Shown here one piece after another: positions 36,480-50,775 of a stretch of 64,000 bases of DNA. Origin of the DNA: Laetmonice hystrix (taxonomy: Eukaryota); NCBI GenBank assembly GCA_965235115.1, contig OZ249440.1, positions 32,552,001 through 32,616,000 on the forward strand, read 5' to 3'. Below the pieces are notes generated by a model. The model made no database searches and was not told the DNA's origin. It was given only the letters and a program-made list of their open reading frames with translations. Every line of letters starts with the position of its first letter. The stretch's first letter is position 1. A program made the translations under genes and the position numbers.

Positions 36480-38490
36480 GTTGCAACAGATGATGTCCAA
36501 ACCAAACCTCGGATCAGGGACTCAGAACTCATCTTTGAACATTATATTACCCAAAGGGTGGTAGCATTCGTCCAGATGTTGTAACACCCGCTGGAGTTAC
36601 AAGACCTGTAGCTACAGTCAGATTTAATTCTGCCGCGCCAGAAGGAAGTAGGTCTACTAATTATGGACATGATGAACAACTTGATCATTCACCAGCGAGC
36701 CAAAATTCTTTTGGAGTAGGAGCTTCCAGAAAAAGAGAAATTTCACCAACTCCTAGAGTGGCTGCAGATTCAGGTGGGAAGAAAATCAAGTCCGGGTCCA
36801 AGACTGACTTCCGTATCACATCAGTTGATTATCAGCAGCAGCATGTTGAACTGATGAGAGAGAAAAATGCGATTCTGCAGTCTCTTGTTAATGAAGTACG
36901 AGTATTGAACTCTACTGTCCTTCTGGCACATGGCATTCGTATAGAAAATGTTGAGGAAGGGAACTCAATCGGACAATCCTCCGAGTAATTATATAGAAGA
37001 ATATCTTATATTATTTTAAGAAGAAAGACACAATTACTATATAAGATTGGGTTTAGGTCATTTACGTTTTTTTAGAACTGTACATTTACTATCAAGAAGC
37101 ATTTTATGTAATCTACATCTTTGATACATCAAACGTGGTAGTCCATTTTTTATGAATATCAAGAGGACTTCTTGATAATAATATTAATACTGTATTTTTG
37201 TGATAGCTCTTGTTGTCATTAAAAGTGTTGTTTGATTTACAAACCAGGTGGTCTCTTATATATCCATGATGTATTTCAAGTTTGACAGAGTGATCAATAT
37301 TAACCTAAAAAGTTTGTGAACATAGTGTGAAGTACACAGGTAGCTATAGTAGATTTTGATGCAAACAAGGGGCCATACTTTGCAGGGTATCTGTTTTCCT
37401 TTAGTTGATTGATTCTCCACTTAAGTTCTGTTGCCCCTATGCTATGGTTCGTTCAACAATTTGTCTCAACCGTGTGCATTGTTTAAGGCAAGTTGTTCAA
37501 GATTCAGGTTTCGCCCAGTGAAAGAATGAAGCACAGCTGGATGAAGATTTCGGTAAGCAGGATCTCCAAGAACGACGTAATCCTCAGGCAACTGATCAAG
37601 GTACAACATTAATTCGTGTGACCACTGTACCGCAGTGTTATCATGGGTTGTATCCTGGTAATCCACTTATGATGTGCCTCACCTGTCCAAATCTATCCAT
37701 GATATATTGAACATTTATCGAATTGCATGACTTCCCGTGTCGCCCACAGAAATATGCGTCTCCAGCATGATCTGGTCGCTGAATTGGAATGATAACGCCG
37801 TCAATATACAACACAACGTGCTTCAGTCTGCCAGCGATATCTTGCATTGGGATACTTAATACCCCCAACCGGATATGTGTCGCGGCGCAATATCCAATAA
37901 AAAGTCAGCAAATTCTTGGTTATGCAAAATGGCAGTTGACTTTGTTATACCTTGGGTGTATGCAACTTGACGGTGAAATCCACCAGATGCCAAATACATT
38001 AGAAAAGTGTCCATCCTCCGAGATGATGTTTGGATATTCAGCTCATGAACTGCATGCTGGCTCCTCAGTACTCAGTTCACTAACCTGTTCTTCTGTTACT
38101 CTAATATGTCTAGAAACAGGTTCAGAACTTGTGGCTGGTGTTCTTTCAAAATGATTGCCCCTTTCCAATGCCACAGCCTGGATCATTGCCGCAAACAACA
38201 TGGTGCTGGTCAACTTTACCCTGAGAATTGACCTCTAGAAATAGTTAACCTCTAGAGGTAAACTTAACTCCTGTACATTTGGCCATTAAGTGTCAGGGTA
38301 ACTCCACTGTGACTGTCGTTATGGTTACTATAGAGTGAACTTTCAGTTAAATATAAGGGGAATCCCCGTAGTACACCGTTAACTACAAAGTTACCTTACC
38401 CTGAGGTGCAGGTCAATTCTCGGGGTTATGGTTACTCTATGGTAACTATTTGGCCTAAAATAAAGTTAACCTTCGGATTTATACTGTAGG
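36480..38490. mobile_element. Second degenerate two-gene PIF/Harbinger remnant
   Basis: Minus-strand transposase pieces convergent with a plus-strand ORF remnant (36758-36988); boundaries approximate. Confidence 0.65.
37340..38202 (-). pseudogene. HARBI1-like DDE transposase pseudogene
   Basis: YIDGVIIPIQRP...YFCGRHGKS..SINVQ...GLPG/THD...VLGDPAY with frameshifts and stops. Confidence 0.8.
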
Positions 38491-41400
38491 AATACTATCA
38501 GGTTATCAGAGTATAGCTCATGTTAACTTTACTATGACTATACTTCATTAACGTTCGGTTTTGACCCAATGTGCAGAAAGTATTGGAAAATAATTCTACC
38601 TCGTAAATGACCATCTAATTTTTGACCACCATATCACAGACAAGATATCCACCTAAATTAGGTACAAGAGAGTACACGAGTAAAGCAAGGAAATAGTTCA
38701 AAGGCCTTATAATTGCATCCCAGTATTAAACCTTTACTTTTGACTTGTAACAACATTTTAGTTATTTTACCCGCCTTTGAGGAAGAAATATGTGTTTCCA
38801 CCATGCATGGCGCCAATTTTTTTCCACCCATTTTCCACACGAAAATATTTATTTAAAAAAACCCTAGGCCCCCTCTGGTATTCTAATGGTGCCCCCTCCC
38901 TTTGGTGCCCTACCCCCTCTCGTCGTGGCTCTGGCGCCCCTTCTGGTGAGATAAACCCTCGGCCAGGTCGTTCTTCTTCTCCTCATCCTAACAGCTGAAT
39001 AGATCCCAACCAAGCCACAAAGGGTTTCTGCAGCATAAATCTAAGTCGTACGCTCCATATACACGCTCCCTATGCAGTGGACGTTCGGGGGACAAGATGG
39101 AGAAAAGGGAGCAAAACGGTTGATATCGCCTCTAAGTTTGTGGGTGCAACTATGCTTGCATAAGTGTGGTCATATAATTTCCGTTCACCTAAAAAGAATC
39201 GTTGCATTCTGTGTCGGCTGCTTCTGCGCCCCTACACGTGGGGAAAGGTTTTTCTCAAATTAGCGTGGGAAGTGGCGAGTGTAAATTCAACGCCAGTGTG
39301 TCCCCTGCTTTCTGGCAGTGCTTTTCACAGACTTATAATTGAAGAGAATATAGAAGCGAAACATATCCTTGGTGTTATATTGTCCATGTGATTTGGGGCC
39401 GGCAACAATATGGCTACAGGATTAGGGTTCACTAACCCTAAATACTGGAACGAGAATTTTCAATGAATACAATGCACCACAAATGTACACGTCACCACCG
39501 TACACTCTCTATGCGCAAATGGAGCCTTTTAACTAGAATTCCATGAATGCGTCCTGCGCAGGCGTGGTGCGTAGTCCGCACTGTGCGCACATCGCTTTTC
39601 ATACATTTGGGTCGGTCATAATCCAAAAGTCCGTGCAAATCCGTATGCACATGTCCGGACAGATAGGGCTCGGGAGTGATTCTTACAACTACGGATCAGT
39701 CAGGCAACAGCTGGGCCAGGTTTTTGCCCACGACCTCTGAGGTATTTAAGGTGCCTTACTTAGTATGTCTGTGCAGTACACAACAGTGGCAATTTTCTGG
39801 TCCCAAAGTACTTGGGCGGTTCCAGCCACAGCTAAAGGGGATATCCCTAATAACAGGGGCGACCTCATTAGATACCGGCGAAGTGGCAACGATGTATTTC
39901 CATGCCCTATACCAGGGTTCCCAACCTTTTCCCCACCAAACAACCCATTTTATACCAGTCGCGGTCTGTGCACCCCTACCCCATATTCCACTTCATCACT
40001 CCGTGTTGATAGTGAAAACTGTTTATTGAAGTATAATGATTTTAAATTGCTTTGATTTAAAGTGTAATAAGGATCTGAAATTAATGGTACTTTTTCTCTT
40101 TTGAAAGAGCATCATTGAAACTTCTTGTAAATCATCCCCTGCAAGCTTTGTGAAAATAAAATGCATTTTATTAAATATACCCACATTTATATCTCCATAT
40201 ATGACAATCTTGGAATCTCACTAATCCTCGGCAATCTTCGTAAACTCCGGTGTGTGACGTGTCAACATGTGCAGAGCCGCCATTATGACTGTGACCGTAG
40301 TAGGCTAAAGTCGGCCGTGTGTTGTTTTCGGGATAGGCCTATGCCTTACATGATCATCCTCAAATTCCATTGCCACGGAGGTAAATCCAGGTGTCAAGGA
40401 CAATGAGTGGAGTAAACGAGTGAATAGATGGCGGTGTGCCGCAATGTTGTGGTAAGAGAAGCGTGGACAATCATGTGGGCGTGTATCGTTGGCCAAACCG
40501 GGACCGGTCTCCCGTCAGCCGGTCAGGCACAAAATTTGTGAACAGGACCATTACTGGACCAAGGTCCAAGCAGTCTGTCCTAACATGTTAACCCAAGAGT
40601 AAACGACCAAGACAAGCAGAAAATTATCCATCCCACCCAGCCCAACCCCATTCATCATTCTGAGTTTTGACAAAATTCGGACAGGATTTTAGTCTATCCC
40701 CGGCCCCGTCCATGGGTCGGCCGTGAACGAGTTGGGAGTGCTTTAGACAGCGTCGACTGTCGTCCCGATGAATAGTCAGCTGGCGAGGCAAAGCGGGGAC
40801 GGTTAACATAGTCATAGGCTATGTTGACAATTTTGTGCGGTTGCACAGGGGTTCACACTACAGCCCTGGGGCATGCTCTTCCAGAAACAAATGAAATCTA
40901 GTCCTATAGGGTAGACGGTAGGCGTTATCCGCCGGGACAGGCTGCCCACGTCCCGGGCTCGCAGTCACAGCCTCGGAGGCTGGCTCGGCTCAGCGACAGT
41001 TCTCAACTTGCACACATATCTGATCTAGGCCTAGGCTATGATCTAGCATGGCTATGCCTATGCCAAAGGGAAAAATCAATATCTAGATTCTATAGGCTAC
41101 TTATAGTTAGTTTATTTAGGACCAGAATATATGGAGGCCGCCGTGGTGGGAAGACTAATTCCAGAAAAACAGGGCGGGGCCCGCCTGGGGCGCGCAGTGT
41201 CTATGCCACGCAGCCATGCATGCCATGAGTGCCAGCCGTGCGAGCGAGTGTCAGTGCCCGGTTTGGGTTAGCGAGGATTAGCTACCACGGTGCCACTCTC
41301 TAAATAGCCTAGACAACAACCTACTGCCTTAGTACCTAGACGTGTTAATGAACTAAAGGGGATACTAACAGTTTGTTACAGCAGGCACAGGTTCATTGAT

Positions 41401-42000
41401 CAATTTGATCAAGTCAAGATCAAGCCGTTCAACTTCGAGGGCTTCGTCTTCGACGTTCTCATGATCCGATTCTGCTGAGTCTGAGACCTCTAGGCCTAGT
41501 CTGGTTTAACTTGATATAGATTAGGCCTATGGCTCAACAACATTTCCTAGATCTAAACCTAGGCTTGCATCGGATTCCCCATCCCTACTAATAGTAATGT
41601 ATCTCATCAGAAACTATCGGTCTTCTCCGTAGATCTAGATGCCATGTTGGCCATGTTGCCCCGGGAGGCCTGCACATGTTGACGTCATCGGTCACGTGAC
41701 TCAATTTCTGGCATTGGGCCATTTGCTTCGGGATGATACAGTGCAGGTGAAAGAAAACGGGCTTTTTAATATAAAACAGGCGCAAAACGGACAAAAAATT
41801 GGATGGTTTAGTAATCTACATTTATTACTTTTCAATTCTTTAAAGTAGTAATTCAGATCCTTGTAACCCTTTAAAAAAGTGAAAAATATTGACACTGTAC
41901 CCGTCAGTTGATAAAAATAACAATTTTTTTCTTGTATGAAGTTGACAATTTCATCATATCAGTACCCCGATTTGAACATGCACCCCCATTCCACCCTTAA

Positions 42001-42379
42001 AGGGAGTCGTAAAATTCATTTTTTTTTCGATTTATGGCAGTCTTAGAAACATATGATTCGCATACCTTGGACTCCCAGTAACATCATGTGAGACTGTTAT
42101 GGCCCAGCGACCAGTATTTAGTAAGGAAAATATGCCAAATCTCTCGCAAATACGTAGCTCAGAATTAGCGAGCGGCCCACAGGATATTTGAGTTGGCCGC
42201 AGTCGGGCGATGATGACGCGTTATCACGTGACTTCCGGGTGTGGAAGGGAATCTCCCTCTAGTCTAGTGTTGACCTAAATAACGCATGTACACCCTGATG
42301 TTACTGGGAGTCCAAGGTATGCGAATCATATGTTTCTAAGATTGCCATAAATCGAAAAAAATGAATTTTACGACTCCCT
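42001..42379. mobile_element. Kolobok-like MITE with ~85-bp TIRs
   Basis: TTAA on both sides (41997-42000, 42380-42383); agggagtcgtaaaattcatttt...ctcccagtaacatca and its reverse complement. Confidence 0.88.
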
Positions 42380-42801
42380 TTAAACCAGCCTCACATGCTG
42401 CGATTTTCTCTAGGATTTCCTACGATATGCTACGCTACGATATCATAGGAAATCACAGCATAAACAATGGTAGGGTGCATCGCCTCACACTACTATTTTC
42501 TACGATTCCAACACAGTAATTCCCAACGTCAACACAGGCGGCACTCCTAGAGTCATGGCAACCAGAGACAACATGGCGTGGGACTCAGAGACAGAAGACA
42601 TAGTAATTAAAGCCCCCCCCCCCCTTCCTAATTTTCCAGATCCGCTGCTGCATATTGACATTTTCTTATTATCCCGTTCCTCTGACTGAGGAACGGGATC
42701 CTGAAATTGTACGGTTTGGGTGTACACTATTATTATTATCCCATCCCCTTCAAGGGGGATGGGATTTTGATACATATACATGGGATACATATACATGTAT
42801 A

Positions 42802-44101
42802 TGTCGGGGACGAGATTGGAATCCGGCCCAATTCCGAACTGGGCCAGCCCAGATCGGAATTCCAATCTGGGCCGGCCCAAAATGGGATTCCGATCTCGGC
42901 CGGCCTAATTCGGAATCGGGCCGGCCGAGATTGGAATTCTATTCCAGGCCGGCCTAGAATGGGATTCCGATCTCGGCCGGCCCAGTTCGGAATTGGGCCG
43001 GCCGAGATTGGAATTCCATTCTAGGCTGGCCTGGAAAGGAATCGACATATGATTCCATTCTGGGCTGGCCCAGATCAGAATTCTGATTCTGGTCGGACAA
43101 GATGGGAATCCTCTAAAGACCTGGCCCAGATTGAAATTCTGATCTGGGCCGGCCCATGAACAACACCACAGTTTTCAGACTCACACCAGCTTCAAAGGGA
43201 ACCCTACACTTTCGGCTGTTTAGAGCCTGGGAACTTAGAGTGCAACTGACATCACATAGGTAACTTTACTGATTTAGATAGATCACTTTGAGTTGTAGCC
43301 GTATCCCTGAGAAGTCCTCTCAATTTAGAACAATATTGAAAATTCGAATCTCGCGCCTCATCACACTCTCACTCCTGCCTATTCTTTACCATTGCCCCTG
43401 ATGACGTCACTAGGGGAATTGGTCTTTAAAACGGCTTACACACAGTTCATATTCTTGTACAATAACCGCTCCTTTAAGTTAAACAACAACAAATTACATG
43501 TATCATCAGGATCTGGCACTAAATTTCATGTAAAAAGTTTGTTGGACTTTAAGTATAGTAAACATACATTCTGGTAGGTATGAAGGAATCCAGAGGAAAA
43601 GGTCATATAATTCCGAATATTAGGCCTATCACAGTCCTAAACTGGTTTCACTACCTTTAACTTTTAAAAGTGTATTTTACACTAAAACTCTGCCGAGATC
43701 AGAAAAACATCCATTCTGTCGCTCGAGGATTCCTATGTGATTAAAGTGGATATACTGACTTTATAATTCCAGATGGATTCTGATCTGGGCCAGCAGGTAT
43801 CCAATCTGATCAGAATTCCAATCTGGGCCAGGTCTTTAGAGGATTCCCATCTTGGCCGGCCAGAATCAGAATTCTGATCTGGGCCGGCCCAGAATGGAAT
43901 CCTATGTCGATTCCATTCCAGGCCGGTCTAGAATGGAATTCCAATCTCGGCCGGCCTGGAATAGAATTCCAATCCCGGCCGGCCCGATTCCGAACTGGGC
44001 CGGCCGAGATCGGAATCCCATTCTGGGCCGGCCCAGATTGGAATTCCGATCTTGGCTGGCCCAGTTCGGAATCGGGCCGGATTCCAATCTCGTCCGTGAC
44101 A
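42802..44101. mobile_element. Foldback MITE with ~350-bp arms made of ~22-bp subrepeats; TGT...ACA ends with TATA on both sides (Ginger-like)
   Basis: tgtcggggacgagattggaatccggccc / gggccggattccaatctcgtccgtgaca; repeated ggccggcc-gaattcc units. Confidence 0.75.
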
Positions 44102-44107
44102 TATACA

Positions 44108-46552
44108 TAGTAGTAGTAGTAGTCGTTAGACCAGGGTGATATTTTTTTTCATTTTTCAAGATATTCAAATAAAATTTGGTGGATACATAGATACCTGGAC
44201 ATAGCTTCTTGCATATGACACATGAGGTGGTATGACATCACGTCTTGACGTCATGACGTCATTTGTATTTTAGACCTATACGCATGTCATGAAACCATAA
44301 TCCAGCAATTTCCAAAACGTTTCATAGCATAATCATCCGACATAGACCCTTTTTACTTATGATCATTAGTTTGACCTATGACCTCTCACGTCATGGAAAA
44401 GTAGGTCACAGGTCAGAAACTGGTCAAATCGCATCTCCTCCACCATCTTTTGAGAGAATATGATCATTTTTGGTGGAGAGGCCCCTTGTAGTGAGCCTTA
44501 CTGGATCGTGGTGGAAAAATAAGCAATTTGACCTATTTAAGCAGACCACGTGACCTTGAAATTGCTAAAATTGACCATTGCAGAGGCACATTGCTGTAAC
44601 TCTAAAACCAAGTGAGATAGAGCCATGGTTACTATTGATATCATATAGGAAGTCATATATCCCCTTTCAATAGACACCAATTTCAATGACGTACTGTACT
44701 GAAGTCCTAAACAATGCAAGATAGAGCTATGGTTAGTATTGAAGTCATATAGGAAGTCATATGTGGCCATTCGTTTGACACCAATATCAATGACGTAGCA
44801 TGACATATTACGTCATAATGACGTGATTGACAATTTGTAAGACTTAAAAGCCTTAAACTGTGTCACATAGACCCATGGTTACTAATAAACATCATTGGGA
44901 AGTCATGTATGATGTTTCAATTGACACCAACATTTCTGACATAACAAATAACGTCACAATGACGTCATGGATATATCATCAATACTAAATATGGTTATAA
45001 GTCCTAAACGATGCAAGATAGAGCTATGGTTACTATTGAAGCCATATAGGAAGTCATATGTGGCCATTCGCTTGAGACCAATACCAATGACGTAGCATGA
45101 CGTATTACGTCATCATGACGTGATTGACAATTTGTAAAGCTTAAAAGTCTTAAACCGTGTCAAATAGACCCATGCTTACCAATAAATATGAATAGGAAGT
45201 CATATATGATCTTTTAATTGACACCAACATTTGTGACATAACAAATAACGTCAAAATGACGTCATGGATATATCACCAATACTAAATATGGTTATAACTC
45301 CTAAACGATGCAAGATAGAGCTATGGTTACTATTGAAGCCATATAGGAAGTCATATGTGGCTATTCGCTTGAGACCAATATCAATGACGTAGCATGACGT
45401 ATTGCATCATGATGACGTGATTGACAATTTGTAAAACTTAAGTCTTAAACCGTGTCACATAGACCCATGCTTACCAATAAACATGAATAGGAAGTCATAT
45501 ATGATCTTTCGATTGACACCAACATTTGTGACATAACAAATAACGTCAAAATGACGTCATGGATATATCACCAATACTAAATATGGTTATAACTCCTAAA
45601 CGATGCAAGATAGAGCTATGGTTACTATTGAAGCCATATAGGGAGTCATATGTGGCCATTCGCTTGAGACCAATACCAATGACGTAGTATGACGTATTAC
45701 GTCATAATGACGTGATTGACAATTTGTAAAGCTTAAAAGTCTTAAACCGTGTCACATAGACCAATGCTTACCAATAAACATGAAAAGGAAGTCATATATG
45801 ATCTTTCAAGTGACACCAATATTTCTGACAGACCAAATAACGTCACAATGACGTCATGCATGTATCACCAATACTAAATATGGTTATAACTCCTAAACGA
45901 TGCAAGATAGACCTATGGTTACTATTGAAGCCATATAGGAAGTCATATGTGGCCATTCGCTTGACACCAATACCAATGACGTAGCATGACGTATTACGTC
46001 ATAATGACGTGATTGATAGTTTCTAAGGCTTAAAAGTCTTAAAGCGTGTCACATAGACCCATCGTTACTAATAAACATCAATAGGAAGTCATATATCTCT
46101 CAATTGACACCAAAATTTCTGACATAACACATAATGTCACAATGACGTCATGGATATATCATCAATATTAAATATGGTTATAACTCCAAAACGATGCAAG
46201 ATAGAGCTATGGTTAGTATTGAAGCCATATAGGAAGTCTTATGTGGCTATTCGCTTGACACTAATATCAATGACGTAGTATGACGTATTACGTCATAATG
46301 GCGTGATTGACAATTTGTAAGGCTTAATGGTCTTAAAGCATGTCACATAATAATGGCATCATTGGCATCTTCTAAGGCTTGTAAGTCTCAAACCGTACAA
46401 GCATGATTACTATTGAACACAAATTAAAATTTATACAATCTCTTTCATTTGACACCAAGACATATTCTCAGGTAGCATGTGTATGACCTATAAGCAAGGT
46501 CGAGGCACCTGGGGGATGGGATCCTTCGTGGCATTCGCCACGTCAGGTCTAG
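44108..46552 (+). mobile_element. Non-autonomous Helitron/Helentron-like element carrying an internal tandem array
   Basis: (TAG)n at start; 3' hairpin cgtggc-attc-gccacg then CTAG|TT at 46549-46552. Confidence 0.6.
44690..46345. repeat. ~297-bp tandem satellite (~5.5 copies), itself a dimer of ~146/151-bp halves
   Basis: gcaagatag recurs at 44716, 45013, 45310, 45605, 45902 and 46196; ggaagtcat occurs twice per unit. Confidence 0.88.
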
Positions 46553-46559
46553 TTATAGG

Positions 46560-46560
46560 C

Positions 46561-46592
<32 letters not shown>

Positions 46593-48542
46593 TAAGGTCT
46601 GGTGAATATCTCCCTCAGTTTTCAAGATATCTGGATGAAACTTTCAGGCTAGATACATCATGACATGGAGACCTCAACATATGATGGAATATGTCATATG
46701 ACGTCATGACGTCATGTTATGACGTATTATATTCGGCAACTTTGAGATCACGTGGTACACTTCCAGTCAGAGATAGACAAAACTTATTCATGTCATCTCA
46801 CTTAGGACTTTATCATTTACCACATACATTTGACCTTTGACCTTTCTGACATACAGGTCAAGCCATAGAAAACAGTCAAAATCTATCTACTCCTTCATTT
46901 TTTGCAGAATCTTCCCCAAATTTGATTTATAGCTTCGTCATAGGGGGGCTGATCGATTGATGGCAGCTTTTTTATAATATGACGTCATATCGCTGAGTCA
47001 AGTGACTTTGAAATTTGTCTATTTTGCGTGTAATGAGGAAGTTCGTGGAATTTCGTTGATATCTAATGATAATGGCATAATTCTCTTCCACTAGGCGTCC
47101 TTTATAAGCCTGCTATGACGTAACGATGGTATGACGTAACACAAAGTTATCTACCACTATGTTGATTCATTTAGAGCAACACTCAACAAATTGATGTGTG
47201 CCCGGATGGCTCAGTGGTACAGTGTATGATCTTCATGCCAGAGGTCTGGGGTTCGAATCCCCCCTGACAAAAGATTTTTTTTATTGTTGTAGTTTAAGGT
47301 CGGGTTAATATCTCCCTCAGTTTTCAAGATATCTGGATGAAACTTTTAGGCTAGATACATCATGACATGGAGACCTCGACATATGAAGGAATACGTCATG
47401 TGACGTCATGACGTCATGTTATGATGTCATATATTTGTCAATTTTGGTATCAAGTGGAACACTTCCAGTCAGAGATAGACAAAAGTTATTCATGTCATCT
47501 TACTTAGGACTAGTACCTTTATCATTTGCCACATACATTTGACCTTTGACCCTTGACCTTTCTGACGTACATGTCACAACATAGAAAACAGTCAAAATGT
47601 ATCTCCTCCTTCATTTTTTGCAGAATCTTCTCCAGATTCAGTATACCTTCTCCACAGTGGGACTGATCGAATAAAGGCAGTTTTTTTAAATCTGACGTCA
47701 TATGACTCAGTCACGTGACTTTGAAATTTGTCCATTTTGCACGCAATCGGGAATCTCTATGATATGTAATGATAATGGCATAATTCTCCTCCACAAGACG
47801 TCCTTTACAGGCCTCCTATTACGTAACGATGGTATTGAGGAAGTCACGTGACCTCGAACATGGGTCTGAATATAGGGCTATAACTCAACAATGGTGCAAG
47901 ATAGATTCAAACTTACTATAGAACATGTATAGGAAGTCTGCTCTTTCATTATACACCATTATTTTTCAGTTCACGTGACCTCTGACGTCATCATGAGATG
48001 ATATATATATTCAGAGGGCTATAACTTGTAAATGGTTGAACTTAGGGTCATAGTTACTACTGAACACTAATAGGAAGTCATATATGCTCTTCTGTTTGGC
48101 ACCATTATTTTTTAGGTCACGTGACATATGACGTCATCAGGAGATTATATATTCACAGGGCTATAACTTGTAAATGGTTAAACGTAAATGGTTAAATGGT
48201 TACCATTAAATGCTAATATGACGTCATCAGGAGTATACATAATTTTATAGGTCACGTGACCTATGACGTATGCCTGCTATAACAAAATGATATAGCCTAA
48301 TGCATAGCTGTAAATTATCACTGTGTACGGATGGGTCAGTGGTAGAATGTAGGACCATCTTAAGGATAAATAGTTTTAATCCAAAGCATGACAACTATTT
48401 CTTTTTCTTCTTTTTTTTCTCAGAAAAATCTTTGATGAAATCTTTGAAAAATTGTCGATTTGCATTCATGCTTATACAGAGCCTTTCTAGATACATCCAT
48501 AGAGGAACGGGATACCGGATTGCCTGCAATCTGCATGTCTAG
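46560..48542 (+). mobile_element. Second Helitron-like non-autonomous element with internal ~700-bp duplication
   Basis: (GTA)n start; 46590-47135 repeated at ~47295-47835; 3' hairpin gattg-cctg-caatc then CTAG|TT at 48539-48542. Confidence 0.55.
47199..47270 (+). other. tRNA-derived fragment (SINE head or tRNA pseudogene)
   Basis: TGGCTCAGTGG A-box and GGTTCGAATCC B-box, but acceptor stem does not pair. Confidence 0.55.
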
Positions 48543-48906
48543 TTTACAAGTGTAACCGATGTATTTCATCTTCCCGTGACACCAGGCCCGTAGCCAGGAT
48601 CTCAGCTCGAGGGATGAAGAAAATTTTGTGTTTTTGTCCTATACCTATAGCAGTTGCTCGACAATACTTTCTCTACTTCTCGGGTTTTAGTTTAAGTAAT
48701 AAATATTGATTATCTTCGTCCTATTGTAAATCTTTCCCAGCTGCCCCCATCAAGTAAATCCTGGATCCGGACCTGCGGGACAAGACTTGTGTGACCATAG
48801 GCAAGGCACTCAGAAATAGTCATTGCCATTGGCGAGAAAAAATTCGGGGGGGGGGGTGTTACACCATATATTGTCGCCGTGCATGTTTTGTCGTCGGCGA
48901 CAATAT

Positions 48907-49496
48907 ATCGGGTGGATTAAAAAAAACGCCCCGAACTTTAAACTTCAATATCTCAAAAAGTAATGATTGTAATTCAATGAAATTTTTCTTAGTATCAATT
49001 CATGATGTTGTCTCTTATTTGTTAATGTTACAAATCAATAGCTTTGATAATATTTCCGTGGGGCTAAAAACAAAAATCATTGTACAAAAGCGCAATGCCG
49101 GGCTAAAGCGAGTGGTAGTCGCACCATTTTGTGTTTTTGTCCTATACCTATAGCAGTTGCTCGACAATACTTTCTCTACTTCTCGGGTTTTAGTTTAAGT
49201 AATAAATATTGATTATTGAACAAAACTAAATATTGAATTTTTTTACCCAAGGTACAATGCGGTGCATCTAACAGGTGTCAAATTGAACACCTGGCAGCTG
49301 CATGATATTTGACCTAATTCCGGCATTGCGTTTTTAGACACTGATTTTTGTTTTTAGCGCCACAGGATTAATATCAAAGCTATCGAGCTGAAACTTTAAC
49401 ATACCAGAGATAGTATCATGACGTGATATTAAGAGAAATTGTATTGAATTATAATGCATAGTTTTTGAGATATAAAAGTTTAAAGTTCGGGGCGCC
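48907..49496. mobile_element. Tc1/mariner-type MITE
   Basis: cgccccgaactttaaacttcaatatctcaaaaa / tttttgagatataaaagtttaaagttcggggcg inverted pair. Confidence 0.65.
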
Positions 49497-50026
49497 TGCA
49501 CATAATCGCCGGCGTCGCCAGCGACAATGTTCACGGAAATAGCCTACGGCACATATTGTCGCTGCGCAGTTCCAGGCTGAAATAGAATGAAACATGTTTG
49601 ATATTTTCGAGTCGTGGAGCTCACCGATTCCAGGCGATTAGGTCCAAGTGCGCAAGTTCCCCCCACAACCGCTAGGTAGATCTATCCTACATACCGAATG
49701 ATGTAATATCTTGGTAATGAAGTGTTTTTTCACCTGTCAAGTTGATGCAACCCCCCCATTGAAAAAAATCCTGGATCCAGCCCTGCTACGCCAGACATTC
49801 CAGTGGCGGATCCAGCGGGGGGGGGGGGGCTTAAGCCCCCCCCACTAGCTGACTCCAGGGTTGTCATTTTGCAGTATGTCCACGGCGCACCTAAGAGGTT
49901 TGATATAGGAAACGAACCAAGATGGCCGACTAAGCACTCGCACTCGAGGAGGTCCTCTCTCCTTTGTGGCCACAAACAAGGAATTTGCACATAACTGCAT
50001 TATTTCAACTATAGGTACGGCAACCT

Positions 50027-50775
50027 ATGCCTGTACTGAAAAATTCTATTGTTGTAAATCGTCCAAAAAAAGGAAACATGCTGCCAAAAAAGGACCTAAA
50101 CAAGCAAGCCAAGCCTCGACCTCCTGATGGGACCATCGAGCAGGTAATTGAAAAAGTAAATTTTCTAGAGAAGAAGCTTGCCAAGACGGACGATACTGCC
50201 ATTAGTGCACTTATTTATCCTTATTGATAAGTTGGAGAGGAGAATGGCGACTGCTGAACAGAACATCACGAGAACAGCAACTTTACTAAACCAAGTTGAA
50301 AACCATTTAGAAACAAGTCACCTCAATATAGCAGACAGGCTGGACAAGGTCGAACCATGGCAAGCTGTCCATAACTATAAATAACCATCAACAAGAGCTA
50401 GAGAAGATTGATTCTGAAGCTAAAAGGAAATCATGGAAGGAGTGCCTGAAAATAACTCTAAAGACCTTAGAGGAATGATTGACCTATTGTTCAAAGACTT
50501 AGGGTTACATTATGGCAATGAAGTTGTGGAAAACATATCCCGGCGGCAAGGCAACAACAGTGGGCGGCCAGGGCCCATCGTTGTGTACCTCAACAAAACT
50601 ACAGTCAAGCCTGATATTTATAGAAACGTGAGAAAGCTGAAAGGTAAACAAACATGGGCAGGCATGCATGTCGATTGTGGATCAAATGTCAACAGAAGAA
50701 AGAACGCGGCAAAATGACCTCCGTGGCATATATCACCTGGCAAGAGAACGGGGGCTTAGTTGCAGACTCCGCCCA
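50027..50775 (+). pseudogene. L1/Tx1-type LINE ORF1, N-terminal part (coiled coil + RRM-like region), frameshifted
   Basis: Heptad-rich segment then EGVPEN...IDLLFKDLGL...ENISR...RPGPIVVYL...IYRNVRKLKG, typical of L1-clade ORF1p; cut at GLSCRLRP by an insertion. Confidence 0.75.

Noticed and set aside
38600..41600. Possible upstream exons of the guanylyl cyclase-like gene
   Set aside because: The minus-strand frames I read lacked a GPxC-type motif or convincing splice-bounded coding segment; left unassigned, and a missed exon cannot be excluded
47199..47270. tRNA gene
   Set aside because: A and B boxes are present but the cloverleaf does not close; it is embedded in a repeat
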